DNA of 63,853 nucleotides, counting the filler, from Octopus bimaculoides (lineage: Eukaryota): assembly GCF_001194135.2 (NCBI RefSeq). It is 7 parts of 5 records of this genome, joined end to end, with 100 filler letters (N's around TTAATTAATTAA, not from the genome) between each part and the next. Parts side by side here need not be neighbours in the genome. Positions count along the whole stretch, not along the records: positions 1 to 10,749 come from NC_068991.1; positions 10,850 to 19,265 come from NC_068981.1; 5 more parts are not named here. One strand, written 5' to 3'. Under the pieces are notes generated by a model that was not told where the DNA came from, made no database searches, and saw only the letters and a program-made list of their open reading frames with translations. Both the position numbers and the translations under genes were made by a program. This document shows positions 1 to 13,147 of the stretch, one piece after another (the stretch's first letter is position 1; each line of letters starts with the position of its first letter).

Positions 1-66
<66 letters not shown>
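1..66. repeat. (TG)n microsatellite
   Basis: Direct sequence; explains the CVCV ORF at 4-201. Confidence 0.98.
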
Positions 67-70
<4 letters not shown>

Positions 71-114
71 TGTGCGCGTGCATGCGCATATATTTATCAA
101 ATACAGCAAGATTT

Positions 115-400
115 GTTTCCGTGAAATATTCTATTTACCAAAGAGCTAAATCGATTCCCATGTATTATATGGGATCCAAACCTATATCAAATATAATATA
201 AACGCTGCGATACAGATAAACGAATCCAGAAATATACATCAGAATAAAATATATGCTTGTTTACTCGGATATAGGGTTGTTTCTGAGTAACACTGTGTTT
301 ATCAACAGAAAAGAATTGTATTTGAAGTTCTTGTCATTTCTATACTCGCTGTAGATGGTGACTATCATCAACGTGGATCGACGCCTATTAGGAATAATAA
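115..400 (+). mobile_element. Possible decayed Penelope-like element 3' end
   Basis: Reading VKYSIYQRAKSIPMYYMGSK loosely resembles the C-terminal part of Neptune-type GIY-YIG domains, followed by a degenerate ctgtaga-gatg..catc motif. Weak. Confidence 0.25.
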
Positions 401-670
401 CGAATGGAAATGTCACTATTTGAAATACCGTCCTTTTGTGTGTTAAACCTCATACAAAATTCACCCGACTCTCAGGGGATTTTAATGTCCCTTGAAAGTC
501 GGATAAGAGGTGTTATGATAAATAGATGTTTCTCAAATGCCTAGAACTGAGCTTGTTCTCTGGTGTTGCTACTCAGAGGCTTCGTCATACTGCTTCATTT
601 TGCACGGTCAGCGATTACGTGAAGGAGAGCAATCTCAGCTCTTTTGGCATACATACATATATACATACAT

Positions 671-1056
671 TGTTGTTGCTGGCACTCCGTCGGTTACGAC
701 GTCGAGGGTTCCAGTTGATCCGATCAACAGAACAGCCTGCTCGTGAAATTAACGTGCAAGTGGCTGAGCACTCCGCAGACACGTGTACCCTTAACGTAGT
801 TCTCGGGGATATTCAGCGTGACACAGTGTGACAAGGCTGGCCCTTTGAATTACAGGTACAACAGAAACAGGAAGTAAGAGTGAGAGAAAGTTGTGGTGAA
901 AGAGTACAGCAGGGTTCGCCACCATCCCCTGCCGGAGCATCGTGGAGCTTTAGGTGTTTTCGCTCAATAAACACTCACAACGCCCGGTCTGGGAATCGAA
1001 ACTGCGATCCTATGACCGCGAGTCCGCTGCCCTAACCACTGGGCCATAGCGCCTCC
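671..1056 (-). mobile_element. tRNA-derived SINE, family B, full length
   Basis: Minus strand starts ggaggcgctatggcccagtggttagg (A box) and gtttcgattcc (B box), with an (AAC)n tail. Homologous copies at 44002, 46528 and 59218. Confidence 0.9.
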
Positions 1057-1082
1057 GCATACATACATACATACATACATAC

Positions 1083-1702
1083 AGGCGCAACTGTGTAGCA
1101 AGAAGCTTGCTTCCTAACAATGTGGTTCCGGGTTCAGTCCCACTGCATGGCACCATAGACAGGTGTCTTCCACTACAGCTCCGGAGCTACCAAAGCCTTG
1201 TGAGTGGATTTGGTAGCAGGAAACTGAAAGAAGCCTGTCGTGCATATATACATACATGATGGCCGTCCACTCGTGACCGAGGAAGGCCATTGCTGACCTT
1301 CAAGAACACTGTGCGCTCTAGGACTAACTTATATTTTGCATTTGCGGCTCTGTTGGTGGCTAATGAGCCCTGCTCTTGACAAGCATACACGACTGCAAAT
1401 ATTGCAAACCAAGCTTTCCCCATTCACTACACTAGCAGTGCGTTTACATACATACATACATGCATACATACATACGCATATTTATATTTGTGTGTGTGTG
1501 TGTGAGTGTGTGTGTGTATGTGTGTGTGTATGTGTGTATTCGTATAAATCTATGTGTATGTTTTTGTGTTTATGTCTTTCCTCCACCATCGCTTGACAAC
1601 CGTTGTTGGTTTGTTGTCCGTAACTTAGCAGTTCGCCGAAAGAACGATAGAATAAGTACTCGGCTTTTAAAGATATAAACACTGGAGGTCGCTTCGTTCG
1701 AC
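1083..1702 (+). mobile_element. tRNA-derived SINE, family A (CORE-like), 3'-truncated, with internal microsatellite and nested RTE fragment
   Basis: Head ggttccgggttcagtccc, 5' half ending ggaaactgaaagaagcc, 3' half ccatcgcttgacaacc...agaataagtac; same layout as 13300-13695 and 55412-55812. Confidence 0.85.
1255..1444 (-). mobile_element. 5'-truncated RTE-clade LINE 3' end nested in SINE A microsatellite
   Basis: Minus strand encodes CNICSRVCLSRAGLISHQQSRKCKI* (terminal Cys/His finger as in RTE elements), then a short 3' UTR ending gacggccatcat and running into (GTAT)n. Confidence 0.7.
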
Positions 1703-1762
1703 GACGACAACGACAACAACAGCAGCAACAACAACAAAAACAACAACAAAAGTACGAAAGAA

Positions 1763-3070
1763 ATGAAACATAAAAATGCAGATATTGCCTCCGCTTCTTT
1801 TGCATTTGCGGCGGAAAATATGGAAAGTTTCCACGAAGATGAAGAAGAATTAAAATTGGCAAGAAAAACTGTAAAAAGAGATAGGAGAAGGGTAGTACTA
1901 AGCCCTCCATCGGACGCGATAGAAAATATCGCAAGATGCTCGGTAATATATCGTTGCATCAGAGTAAAATCTCGGCCGGTGGAAAATGCTTATAAGAGCG
2001 AAATGCTAAAATGCCTTGGGCGCGTGTGGGAACAAAAGACCCACACCACCCGATGAAAGAAGTTTGGAACTATCGAGGTGAGATTTGGTATGAAAGAAGA
2101 ACTACATGTAATCCCGCGATCACATTGAGGAATTACAACTTTTTCTTAATCCCCAGTTATCGCGGCCAACGTCTTGCCAAGATTAGGGTGCTGAATGTGC
2201 CGCCAGAAATATCCATCACCTGATTAGTGGCAGCCATCTTGGCAGGTTTAGAAGAAGATGAGGTCATAATATTGGAGGTCAAGAAACTACCTAAGCAAAA
2301 CTGGTTGGGTATAGGTATAGAACTGACCTTGCAATGCTCAATCTAATCGATCTCCCGGATGGTACTCACCTGTCAGTGTTCGGGTAGGGTAGAAAGCCAT
2401 GATGCCACATACGTGAATCTGTAACTCACTTAAAGGCTTTCTGCCCTGACACGAGAAAAATAAAGTCCCACAGCTGCCAACATTACAAACACCACAAGCG
2501 CAAAACTATAAACAAATGCTCAAAATTCTTACACCCACACCCACACCCACGCAAGCATCCACTCCCAAACCAAGACAAAGAAGGAGTCTATATCCAGTTG
2601 CCACGGAAAAGCAAGCGTCTCCTGAATGCTCTACCTCCCGAACCAACATCAACTGCAATGAAATGGAGAAAGAAGAGCTGAATGATCAATGGATCACAGT
2701 GACTAAAGGGAGTAGATGAAAGAGGAGGAGAGTACATAGCCCTCCTTCTACAAATCAACAAAAAACATATTCTGAATCCAAAACTGCGACACTATTCACA
2801 ACCACTCCAACAAAAACAAGAACGAGAACAACAACTTCAAAAACAGCAACTTTATCAACATGATATCACAGAAATATGATTTCACAGAAACAACCAATTA
2901 CAGAACTTCAAAAACAGGAATATTCATCAGACTGTAGACGAAATGTATCCATCAATTTCACTGCTGTGGACAAGTGTAACAATAAATTGATGAATTTTGT
3001 AAGTCAAAGCAAAAACAAAATGGAGACAGAGGGAAAGGAATTTGAGGATTTCATCCTCAAAACCCCCTAG
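1763..3070 (+). pseudogene. ORF1 of L1/Tx1-like non-LTR retrotransposon (frameshifted)
   Basis: Contiguous fragments upstream of the EN/RT ORF2, including AKIRVLNVPPEIS (RRM-like) and a Thr/Lys/Gln-rich C-terminal region. Confidence 0.6.
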
Positions 3071-3294
3071 AACAGACTTTTAATTAAAACGACGTCAGAC
3101 TTTTACAAAACAATAAGAGAAAAATTCCCTTGTAGTGTGGGGAGTTAAAAAAAAATAATCAGTTGATAATAGGCTGTTGGAAGGGCCTTTAAAAACTTTT
3201 CGTCAGTAGAGAGGCCCGGAACTTCCGGGCTTCTCTAAAATCAAGTTAGTAACCTCCTCTTTCTCTTTCTCCAACTAGCTTGTCTGTACTGTGA

Positions 3295-6280
3295 ATGGTG
3301 TGTGTGAATGTGCGGGGCCTGGGATCAGCCTGGAAGCAAGGTCACTTGCTCAATGATCTCAGGTCACTTGATTTAGATGTGGCTGCCATTTGTGAAACAA
3401 GGATCTCCGGAAAATACGCTCTTACATCCACTTTCGAGGACTACGAGGTATTTTCATCTTGTGGTCTATCGGGAGCGGGTGGCGGTGTAGCAGCGTTACT
3501 CCGGAAATCTTTAGATCCCCAAGTACGGGCTATCCTCCTGGACCCGGATGATAGGGTGGTGGTTCTAGATGTGAATTGTAGCGAAGGTTCCATTCACTGG
3601 TGGCGATTTATACCCCAACAAGGGCTGGAAGGCCAGATTTCTTCAGGCATCTAGAAACATTATTAGGAACGTCTCGCACTTTAGTACTAGTGGGGGACTG
3701 AAAGAGTATTTTGGACGCACGGAAGGACTGTGTGGGTTTTATTACATAGCAGAAGTGGGGTGTAAAAGCCTCAAAAACCTGCTCAGAACTTTCCAGCTTT
3801 CTGACAGGTACGACTGATTTTCCCTGATGTGCTGGTGTGGACATGGAACAACCACAACGGGTCATCCAGATCGTATTTAGATAGAGTATTTGTTAGGTCA
3901 GAGGATAGGATAGCATAAGTTGTCCACAATTTAAATTTGTCGGCTACACAGATCACAAATTTGTGATATGCTCAGTCGATTTAGATAGGACCCATAGATA
4001 GGGACCCGGTTACTGGAAGGTCAATGCGTCCTTACCAGCTCGCAAAGACTACAGGGACCGGATTAGTGAACTAGTTAAGCGGCAGTTGACGGGGGCTGTC
4101 GTCAACAACCGGTGGTGGATCGCTCTGAAGAGAGCGATTAGAGTTGAATCAATAGCCTTTAGTAAAGATTTAGCAATAGAAAGAAATAGATTTGAGGGAG
4201 AACTAGTTAGAAAAATAGAAAAAGCTATTAGTAAAGGCATCGCGACCGACGTGTTAGCGGCGAGAATGGCCCTTGACGATTTCTTTGAGGCGAAATACAA
4301 AGGGTGTGTTGTTGTCAGAGCTAAGGCTCGTGCGCTAAAACACGAAGGAACTAAAGCCGTCCGATGGGCCCGAACGGTAGAAACGCGACGTGGAAACAAA
4401 ACCAAAATCAAATCTTTGACGGTTCAGAACGGACGCGTGCTACTCGGTTCTGAGCAGATGTGTGCAGCTTTCCAGCAGCACACTGCGCGGCTGTTTGGTG
4501 AGAGTGATGGGTCGACGACGGCAGCGGACTTTACTTTGTACATAGGCGGCTTACCACGAGTCGATTACAGCTACTGAAATACGGGAGCCGATGAGCGATC
4601 GCACAAGTCGCAAATCGCCCAGGTCTGGATGGTCTGCCCTACGAATTCTATGTTTTCCTGCCAGATTTGTTTGGCAGCCTCTTGGCAGATGTCTACAGCA
4701 ACTGGCGACAGAATGAGAGAATTCCTAGTGCTGTTAGCCGGGGTGTAGTAACACTGCTGAGAAAGGACGCAGACAATGGGGATGTATTAGGGAATTTTCG
4801 GCCCATAACTCTGCTAAACACAGAGTTTAAGATTTTGGCCAAGATGTTAGTGAAAAGGTTGGCGCTTGTCTTTTTGGTAATCTGGTCGGGGAGGCACAAA
4901 CGTGCGAAATCCCGAGCAGGTCTATCCACGACAATCTCCATCTAATACGATATATCGTAGAGAGGGCTGGGACTATAGCTGGCTTCGGTGGGGCCCTGAT
5001 CAATTTAGATAAGTCGAAAGCTTTCGATAAGGTCGACCATCGTTACTTGGAAGCCGTCCTTAAAGCGGCCGGTTTCGGACCGGTTTCAGAGGTTGGATTG
5101 CTCAGTGGTTAAATTAAATAGCCACCTTTCGGAAACGTTTAGTATCGCACGTTCGGTCCGTCAGGGCCATCCGCTGTCACCTCCGAAGTGGAGACGGTTG
5201 GCTCCATTGTAAGGGAATATGAGTCAGTTGCAGGAGCCAAGATCAACGCCGACAAGTCGGTGGGATTGCGACTGGGCACCTAGAGAGGCAGATCTCTGGG
5301 AAGAGGTGACGAACAGAGTGGTCTGTCTTACCTAGAAATGGGCAGAGAAGAAGTTGTCCCTGAAAGGTCGAGCAGTGGTGGCGAATGCCTACATCGCCTC
5401 TGTTATTATTTATCGTCTGACCATCGTGCCTTGCCCCAGTTACTGCTTGATTAGATTGAAGCGTATCCTGTTTAATTTCTTGTGGAAGGGACGCGTTCCA
5501 ATGGTCAGGCGGTCGGTTTGCTGCGAACTCCCTCTGCGTGGCGGCTTTGGGATGCCATGGCTTTCGATGCGCAGACAGGCACTCAGGTTGCACCACCTGC
5601 AACGATTTCTAGAAGGTGAACGTGTGTAGGCTCCGTTTGTAAGACGCCATTCCGCAGCTCGGCTCTTTGACGGAGCTGCAGTCTTGGGTAAAGGATAGGC
5701 TCTTAGAATGTCCTCAGGCGCTCACTGTCCTCTATAAGTCGGGCAATAGGATCGGTGGATGTTCCACTTTAGATATTTACAAAGGATTAGTTGCAGGGGA
5801 AGTGCGACGACGTCCTATGGGAGGTCCTAGGCGTCTATTCCGGAGGACTTTCCAGTTGGGGACTGTTATGGATAATTTCTAGATGTCTTTAGCCTGGCAG
5901 TGCTACCGGGGGATGCTAGCGGTTCGAAATAAACTTTACAGGTACGGATGTGCTGTTAGATGGGTTTGTCCAAGGTGCTCACAGAGCGACGAAACTGTTC
6001 TGCATGCACTCGTACAGTGTCCTGGCATTGGTGACTTGTGGAATTATGTGGAAAAGCTGCTGTCGCGTGTGGGATGGACCCGTCTGTCAGCCGAGTCCAT
6101 CACGATGATTGCCCCGCCACCCTCCTTCAATCGGGCAGGCAAGGCAGTTTTCCTTTGTCTGGTAGCTGTGGCGAAAGAGGTTGTCTGATGGACGAGGCTG
6201 AAAGGAATGAGGACAGAAACATTCCTCTTTGGTAAAAGCTCTCATCGACTTTTTCAAGTTTCACTTGAAAAGTGAAAGTG
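3295..6280 (+). mobile_element. ORF2 of L1/Tx1-clade LINE (APE endonuclease, RT, C-terminal Cys finger), inactivated
   Basis: NVRGL, ICETRI, SRSYLDRVFV, DHKFV, GYWKVNASL (APE); SPGLDGLPYEFY, FRPITLLNTEFKILAK, LDKSKAFDKVDH, SVRQGHPLSP (RT); CPRCSQSDETVLHALVQC. Many stops and frameshifts; YADD block deleted; 3' end cut off by a SINE head. Confidence 0.92.
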
Positions 6281-6348
6281 GTGTCACGCAGTGTGGGACT
6301 GAACCCGGCACCATGTGGTTGGGAAGCAAGCTTTTTACCACACAGCCA
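6280..6348 (-). mobile_element. SINE A head fragment
   Basis: gggactgaacccggcaccatgtggttgggaagcaagctttttaccacacagcca is the reverse complement of the SINE A tRNA-like head. Confidence 0.8.
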
Positions 6349-6759
6349 ACTGTAAATAATAAATTATAAGCTTTTAAGTATTCACTTGTATATTAGCTAT
6401 AGAAAATAATCTAGTATTGGGGCATCTAAGTCCTCGACCGAAAAAAATGGGTATATCCATATATACCCATATATATATATATAAATATGNNNNNNNNNNN
6501 NNNNNNNNNNNNNNNNNNNNNNNNNNNNNNNNNNNNNNNNNNNNNNNNNNNNNNNNNNNNNNNNNNNNNNNNNNNNNNNNNNNNNNNNNNNNNNNNNNNN
6601 NNNNNNNNNNNNNNNNNNNNNNNNNNNNNNNNNATATATATATATATATAATGCGTGTATGTGTGTGTTTGTGTGTGTGTGCATCTCTGTTCATATCAGT
6701 GTATGTTTGCGTGTGTTTGTGGTGTAGGTATATTGTTCATAATTAGAAATGGATGACGA

Positions 6760-6864
6760 GAAAGAAACGAAAGCGGGAGGCTTTAGGTAGGCAGACGATT
6801 ATATAATAGAAAGTTATTCAGTATGACCACAACCAAGAGAATGGAATCAGTGAAATAGAAACGC

Positions 6865-6902
<38 letters not shown>

Positions 6903-9088
6903 TCACAAATTATATATGGCGAAGATGAAGAAAAGCAGACGGTAGAGAAAGAGAGAGAGAAGCTAGGAGAGAGAGAATGAATGAAAGAAATGGGAAACAG
7001 TTTGGAATTAACGTGGTTATATAACATGTAGCGAAAGTGTCTGAGTGTGAGAGAGGGAAAGGAGGAGAAAGCGAGAGGATTGAGGGAAAAGAGATGAAGA
7101 CAGAGAGAGTGAGCGGATAGAGAGAGAAAGAACGAAAGGCAGGTGATTTAAAGATAGGAAAGGTGTGAGTGTGAAAGGGAGAGCAAATGTAACGAAGGGT
7201 GAAGTTGGTAGAAAGTGTGTGTGCGAGTGTGTTTGAGAGAATGTGATAATGAATGAGAGTAGTGAGAAAGAAGTGGAAGAGAGTGATCGTAAGTGAGGAT
7301 GGCTGGCAAAAATAGGTAGAAAAACAGAGAGAGAGAGGGAGATAGAGAGAGAGGGGGAAAGACAGGGAAAGAGAGAGAGAGAGACAGACAGACAAAGAAA
7401 GGGGAGAGAGATGGACAGGTAATCACGTGCCTGGAGTTGTGTTTTGACTAGAGGAACGAGGGGAAAAGACAGATGGGTAGAAAAAGAGAGAAAGACATGT
7501 AAATCAATAATGCAACTGTAGAGAGCGTAGGCGGTTGGCAAGTGAGTGCATCGCTGTACAAACACTAGTTAGGTATAGAGGAGAGAGAGAGAGAGAGAGA
7601 GATAGAGAAGAAAAAGCAAGGCAGTCTTTTCTACTCTGCCTTCTCCGCTCCTGTTGCATATCGTTGCTTCCCCTTCATTGGAGCATTCACATGGCACCTC
7701 GTTTCTCCCCTCTCTTATTACACCTATACATTTATACATGCACACACTCACACATACAAAAATACATACACGCATATATACATGTAGATAAATGCATACA
7801 CATATGTTCGTGTATGTATGTACTTGTATATATATATATATATGATTTTCTATCTGTCTCTAAATTCTCCTTTCCCTTGCTCGCTCTCTTCCACTCGTTA
7901 TTTCCTCATCTCATCTCTACTTCTTCTCCTCCAACTTTTCTCACAATTATCACCTCTCTCTCCTCTTTCGTCTTGCTCTCGCGTTCGCATCACATTCTCT
8001 CCGCCGCTCTCACATCACACATCTCAATATTTTTCATCCATTTCTTTCACTCTACGACGCTCTCTTTCTCTCTCTCTCTCATTCTTCTCTTTTCACTCAT
8101 GTTAATTCCTTGGCCCCCCCCTCTCTCTCTCTCTCTCCTTCTTTTTCTGACCTTCTCGATCCGCTCTCTCTCTCGCCGTTTTCACATTTTTCTGCTTTTC
8201 CGTTTCTGCCTTTTTATATTCATTCATTCATTCATTTGTAGATAGATACAGCCATGCATTTCTGTCTGTCTGTTTCTCTCTCTCTGTTTCTGTCTGTCTG
8301 TCTCTACCCCCCCTCTCTCTCTGTCTCTCTCTCTCTCACACACACACACATACACACACACACACATACACACACACAGAGTACTGTTTCCGTCACTCGT
8401 TTCATACTGACTCTATCATCATTTGGATTTCATCACTCCTCTTTCTCTCTTCGTGTTCCACGTCTCTCTTATTTCATTTTCCCAAACTCAACCTTCTTTC
8501 TCTCATCCTTTTCTTTCACTCCTCTCTCTTCATATATACACATATACATATCTTCATCTTACCTCACTCTATCTCCCAGTCCTCGATATTATTTCACCTT
8601 TTTCTCGCTATTCTCTCTACTTTTTCCCCTCTTTCTCCTTTTTTTTCTGCCCACCCCAATTGCTATTTCTTTGATCTTTCAAATTCTTCAAATCTCATTT
8701 CGACTTATTTTTCATGCTTTCCGTCTCTCCTCCACCTCCTCTTCCTCCACCTCCTCTTCCTCCACCTCCACCTCTTCTTCCTCCACCTCCACCTCCTCTT
8801 CCTTTCTCACATACTCGTTCCTTTCCTTCTCTTCAGAGTCTCTCTTTTGCCATTTGATATCAACTTTTCCTCCTACCCTGTCACTGATCTCGACTTCCTC
8901 CCTCGTTTCCCCTCACTCCATTTCGCTACATGTCTCTCTACCCACCACTCCTCTCGTCTCCTCTATGCACCTCCTCCAACCTTGCCTTCATTTCTACATC
9001 CTTCCCCGTCTCTCTTTTACTGTCCTCCATTTTCTTTGATGTTATTTCATCTCATTTCTCTCCCTTTCTTCCGCTCTCATACATGTAC

Positions 9089-9132
<44 letters not shown>

Positions 9133-10133
9133 TGTGTGTGTGCTATTTACACACACATACACACACACCCGTATATATATGTATATGTATATGTATATAT
9201 ATGTGTGTGTGTGTGTGTATATGCACATATGTATGTAATAAGGAAGTAATACCTTACAACAGTACAGTTGTTTCAATACATTGTATCTTTTCTGTGTCTC
9301 ACGTGCAATTTCTTCTTCTCTACCTCTCTCACTATCTCTCGCCTCTCCTTTGACCGCCACTCTCTCCTCTCCTCTCTCTTTCTGACTTCTCTCACACTAC
9401 GTTCCTCCGTTACGCCTCCCTCTCTCTCTCTCGTCGTATTATCCTTTTAAGCCCTTCCATTCTTTCTATATATATATATATATATCCCTTTCAGCCTTTC
9501 TTGTGTTTTATAAATTTTTCCCAACCTGACTCCACCCTCCGTCTCTCTCTCTCTCTCTCTCTCTCTGGTTCTAACTTTTTTCTCTTCTCTTCTCTGTTTC
9601 TCTCTCTACTTCTTACTAATTTTCCCTCGTTTTCTCCGCCATTCTTTATTCCCCTCCTACACTTCTTTTCGTCTTCTTCTTCCTCCTTCTTCTTCCCGCC
9701 TCTCTAGTCGTCATTTCTACTCACCCTCCCCGTTCTCTCTTACTGCTACCCATCGTCTTCTTTCTCACCTTATTTTACCATTTTAAAAAGATATTTTCTC
9801 CCTCAATCCTTCGTTTCTTTCTCTTCTTACTTAGATCCTGCTTTTCGTTCTCATTCTCTTTATTTTTATTCTTTCCTATATCCACACACACACTCTCTCT
9901 CTCTACAATATTTATCTTAGCTTTTCCATTTCTCATTCTTCACCTCACACACACACACACATACACACACACACACACACACAGACGCACACGCACATAC
10001 AGACACACACACACACACGTATGCACACTCTGTCTCTCTCTCTTTCTCTCGCTCTCTCAACCTGTTCATGTCAAGTTTTTCTAGTTCTCCATTTTACATT
10101 CTGTCCGTATTCTCTCTTCCTCACCTCTCTCTA

Positions 10134-10190
<57 letters not shown>

Positions 10191-10303
10191 ATTTCTGTTT
10201 CTCTCTCTTGGTAGCCTTGTAACTCTCTCACCTCCTTCCATTTCCTTCCACCTTTCCCTCTCTCTCTCCCATCCTTTCCCACCTATCTCTCTCTACCTCT
10301 ATG

Positions 10304-10385
<82 letters not shown>

Positions 10386-10406
10386 CCTATCTTCCTCTCC
10401 ACCTCC

Positions 10407-10455
<49 letters not shown>

Positions 10456-10500
10456 TTTTCTCTCCCCCTCTCTGCTTGTCTCTCAGCCTCTCTCTTCTAG
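6760..10500. repeat. Low-complexity polypurine (6760-7620) then polypyrimidine (7620-10500) tract with embedded (CT)n, (CA)n, (TA)n, (TCTA)n
   Basis: Direct composition; accounts for the long S/L/F-rich pseudo-ORFs. Confidence 0.9.
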
Positions 10501-10567
10501 TTCCCGGTTCGTGTGAGTGCAGAACACGGAGAAGAACAACTTGATCGATCAAAGTCTTCATATTGCC

Positions 10568-10568
<1 letters not shown>

Positions 10569-10629
<61 letters not shown>

Positions 10630-10690
10630 TGATGTCTATGACGACGATCATGACGATGACGAGGATGAGGATGAGGGTGATGACGATAGA
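10569..10690. repeat. (GAC)n/(GAT)n trinucleotide repeat
   Basis: Direct sequence. Confidence 0.95.
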
Positions 10691-11464
10691 TTGTTTTTCT
10701 CATCAATAATTCTTTCTGAATGGTCTGTCTCTTGTTATTGTTATTGTTGNNNNNNNNNNNNNNNNNNNNNNNNNNNNNNNNNNNNNNNNNNNNTTAATTA
10801 ATTAANNNNNNNNNNNNNNNNNNNNNNNNNNNNNNNNNNNNNNNNNNNNATACCCACATTAATACATACATACTCACATACCTGCATACGTGCATATATG
10901 CATACATGTATACATGCATACACCTGTCCGTCCATACGTATATACATATGTACATACCTGCATACATATATACATACATATATACACACATGCATATGTA
11001 CGTAGTTACATACATGCATACATACATACATTCAAACATAAGTACGTACATACATACATACATACATACATGCAAACATCATATGCATAGGCAGCCTCAA
11101 GATCCTTTGGATCGGGAAGGATATTTGATCTTTTCTTTTAATGTTTTCAAAGAAGGCGCAGTCTTGCAGAATGATTTAGATATTTGCTTCCGAGCCACGT
11201 AGTCCTACATTTACCTATAATGTGCTATATCTTATCCCAATTTCACCTTGTGAATAAAATTGGGTTTACGAAACTATATACATACCCGTTAGATTGATCG
11301 TACCTGCAATTCAAATGCCACTGCTCTGTCACACACTTTGTCTCGCCGATTCCAGCCTGAGAAATATGTCAAGGGTAGAGGTGTTTACGGAATACTCAAC
11401 CACCTACACAATTAATTCAGAAATTGATTATTCCGTTGACTGAACAACAGAATCCTTGTTATTT

Positions 11465-11630
11465 ACTCAGGGCACAAGGCCCGAAATTTTGGAGGAGTGG
11501 GGGAGTTGATCGACTGCAGTACACGACTTGTACTTAATTTATCGAACCCAAAAAGATGAAAGACAAAGTCGACCGCGACAGAATTTGAGCTCAGAACGTA
11601 AAGACAGACGTGCTAACATTTCTGCCTGCC
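11465..11630 (-). mobile_element. tRNA-derived SINE, family C, internally deleted
   Basis: Matches 34294-34503: gcacaaggcc, gtacttaatttatcga, aaagtcgacc, gaatttga(a/g)ctcagaacgtaaagacagacg. Confidence 0.8.
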
Positions 11631-13147
11631 CGTCTTTATTTAATAATCTTTATTTTTGAAACTGAATGGAAAACCATAAAATAACCTCAACAGAATGGGA
11701 ACGGAAGAGCAGTGTCGAACCCTGTTCAGTAACTCCTAGACATTTAGAAGGAAGTGAGTAAGCTATCCTCATGCAAGAAACCTGACTCAGGAGCTGACAA
11801 TGAAGTGGAAGCTGCCAAAATCACAGAAGAATTAGATGGTAGTGTTAAACTGTGTAACGGAGGAATTCTGCTGCTCCAAACAACAGCAGTTTCTCAGACA
11901 GGATTTCTGAACAATATTCTTCTACCTAGTTTTGGTCGACATGAGGCTACAGTGGAAGTCACTTGTCGATGGTGCTATGTATTAGGATACAAACTCAAGT
12001 CACGTGGCTATAAAACCGACTTATCCACATCGCCATGTTGACTTTATCTGTTTTTTTTTTTCTTTTGGTTCTTTTTCTTCCTTTACTGTGCTTTATCAAC
12101 CTGAGAGAAATGTAGTGACTGCATGTAGACAAATGTAGGGAGAAATGTATTGACTTCAATTCGAAATCGTATGGAAAGCTACATTTTTGTGATTTCTTAT
12201 CGTTATTTTATAATTGATAAGATTTTAGTGAGCTGAATTGCTAATAATTTCTGATATTATTATTTCCTGCACTGTCTAGCAAATATAAATATCACACTTT
12301 GATAAATTAATTACAGTTACCTTCGCTATCAAATATATGTCAATCGGAACGTAATTGCATGTGTTTAAACTATACTGCTCTACCTAAAATCAAAGTCAGT
12401 TACCTGCAACACCTTATTACAAGTTCACACAGGCGCCATATCTCATATATATCCAATATCGTTCTTATTTATTTTATATGCAGATAAGAGTGTTTTTGCA
12501 TACGTATGTATGCATATATGTGTAAGTGCGAGTCTGTACACGTGTGTGTGTATGTGTAACTAGATGCGTGTGTGTGGTAAGCTTCTAACAGTCAGTGCAT
12601 CTGCGTTATTATAGTAATACAGTTTGTACGCTAATGTTATCAATTTTTCATTCTTAATGCTTATTTATGTTTATTTATTTAGAGAGATATTATATATATA
12701 TATAGACACGCCCAGACAGGCACATATATGCAAACTTGAATATGTTTAGTTTTGTATCTAAGTGTGTGTGTGTGTGTGTCTATGTGAGCGCGCGTGTGTG
12801 TTAGTGTGCGTAGGCGTGCGTGATGTTTTAACCAATAAGAGACAGACTGAGAGAAAGAACAAAGAAACTATAAAATAGGATAAAGGCGCAGAGAGAAAAG
12901 GCGAAATTTGGAAGACATACACGTACTAAGACAACACAAGGAGAAGGATTTGAAAATGCGTGGGTTTAGGCCTCAGAAAGCAAATGAATTCAGTAACAAT
13001 AACTTTAACTATATGAATTTGTGTGTGTTGTGTGAAGAGCTAAATTTATACTTAAATTACTAGGTGCATATAAACAAGGATGATACTTCATATAAAATAT
13101 ACATATAAGTATTTATATATGTAAAAATATGTGACACTTATTCGGTA

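Noticed and set aside
340-385. ctgtaga-gatg..catc hammerhead-like remnant
   Set aside because: GAAA box and stems I/III are absent.
980-1056. tRNA-like sequences at SINE heads (also 46820, 59500, 61850, 63324)
   Set aside because: No complete acceptor stem, and each continues into a repeat body; not tRNA genes.
1702-6348. Target-specific insertion of the Tx1-like element into SINE A
   Set aside because: Flanking SINE A pieces are in opposite orientations and non-contiguous; no TSD.
7535-9353. 236-aa, 261-aa and overlapping S/L/F-rich ORFs
   Set aside because: Products of stop-poor CT-rich low-complexity DNA; no domain motifs.
10750-10849. TTAATTAATTAA centred in N runs (also near 19310, 33645, 45450, 50805, 57760)
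   Set aside because: Identical 12-mer with stops in all frames inside fixed ~100-nt gaps: a scaffolding linker, not biology.
11694-12041. Possible 60-nt exon (WERKSSVEPCSVTPRHLEG) and adjacent 95-aa ORF
   Set aside because: Poor polypyrimidine tract, ORF lacks an ATG start, no recognisable family.
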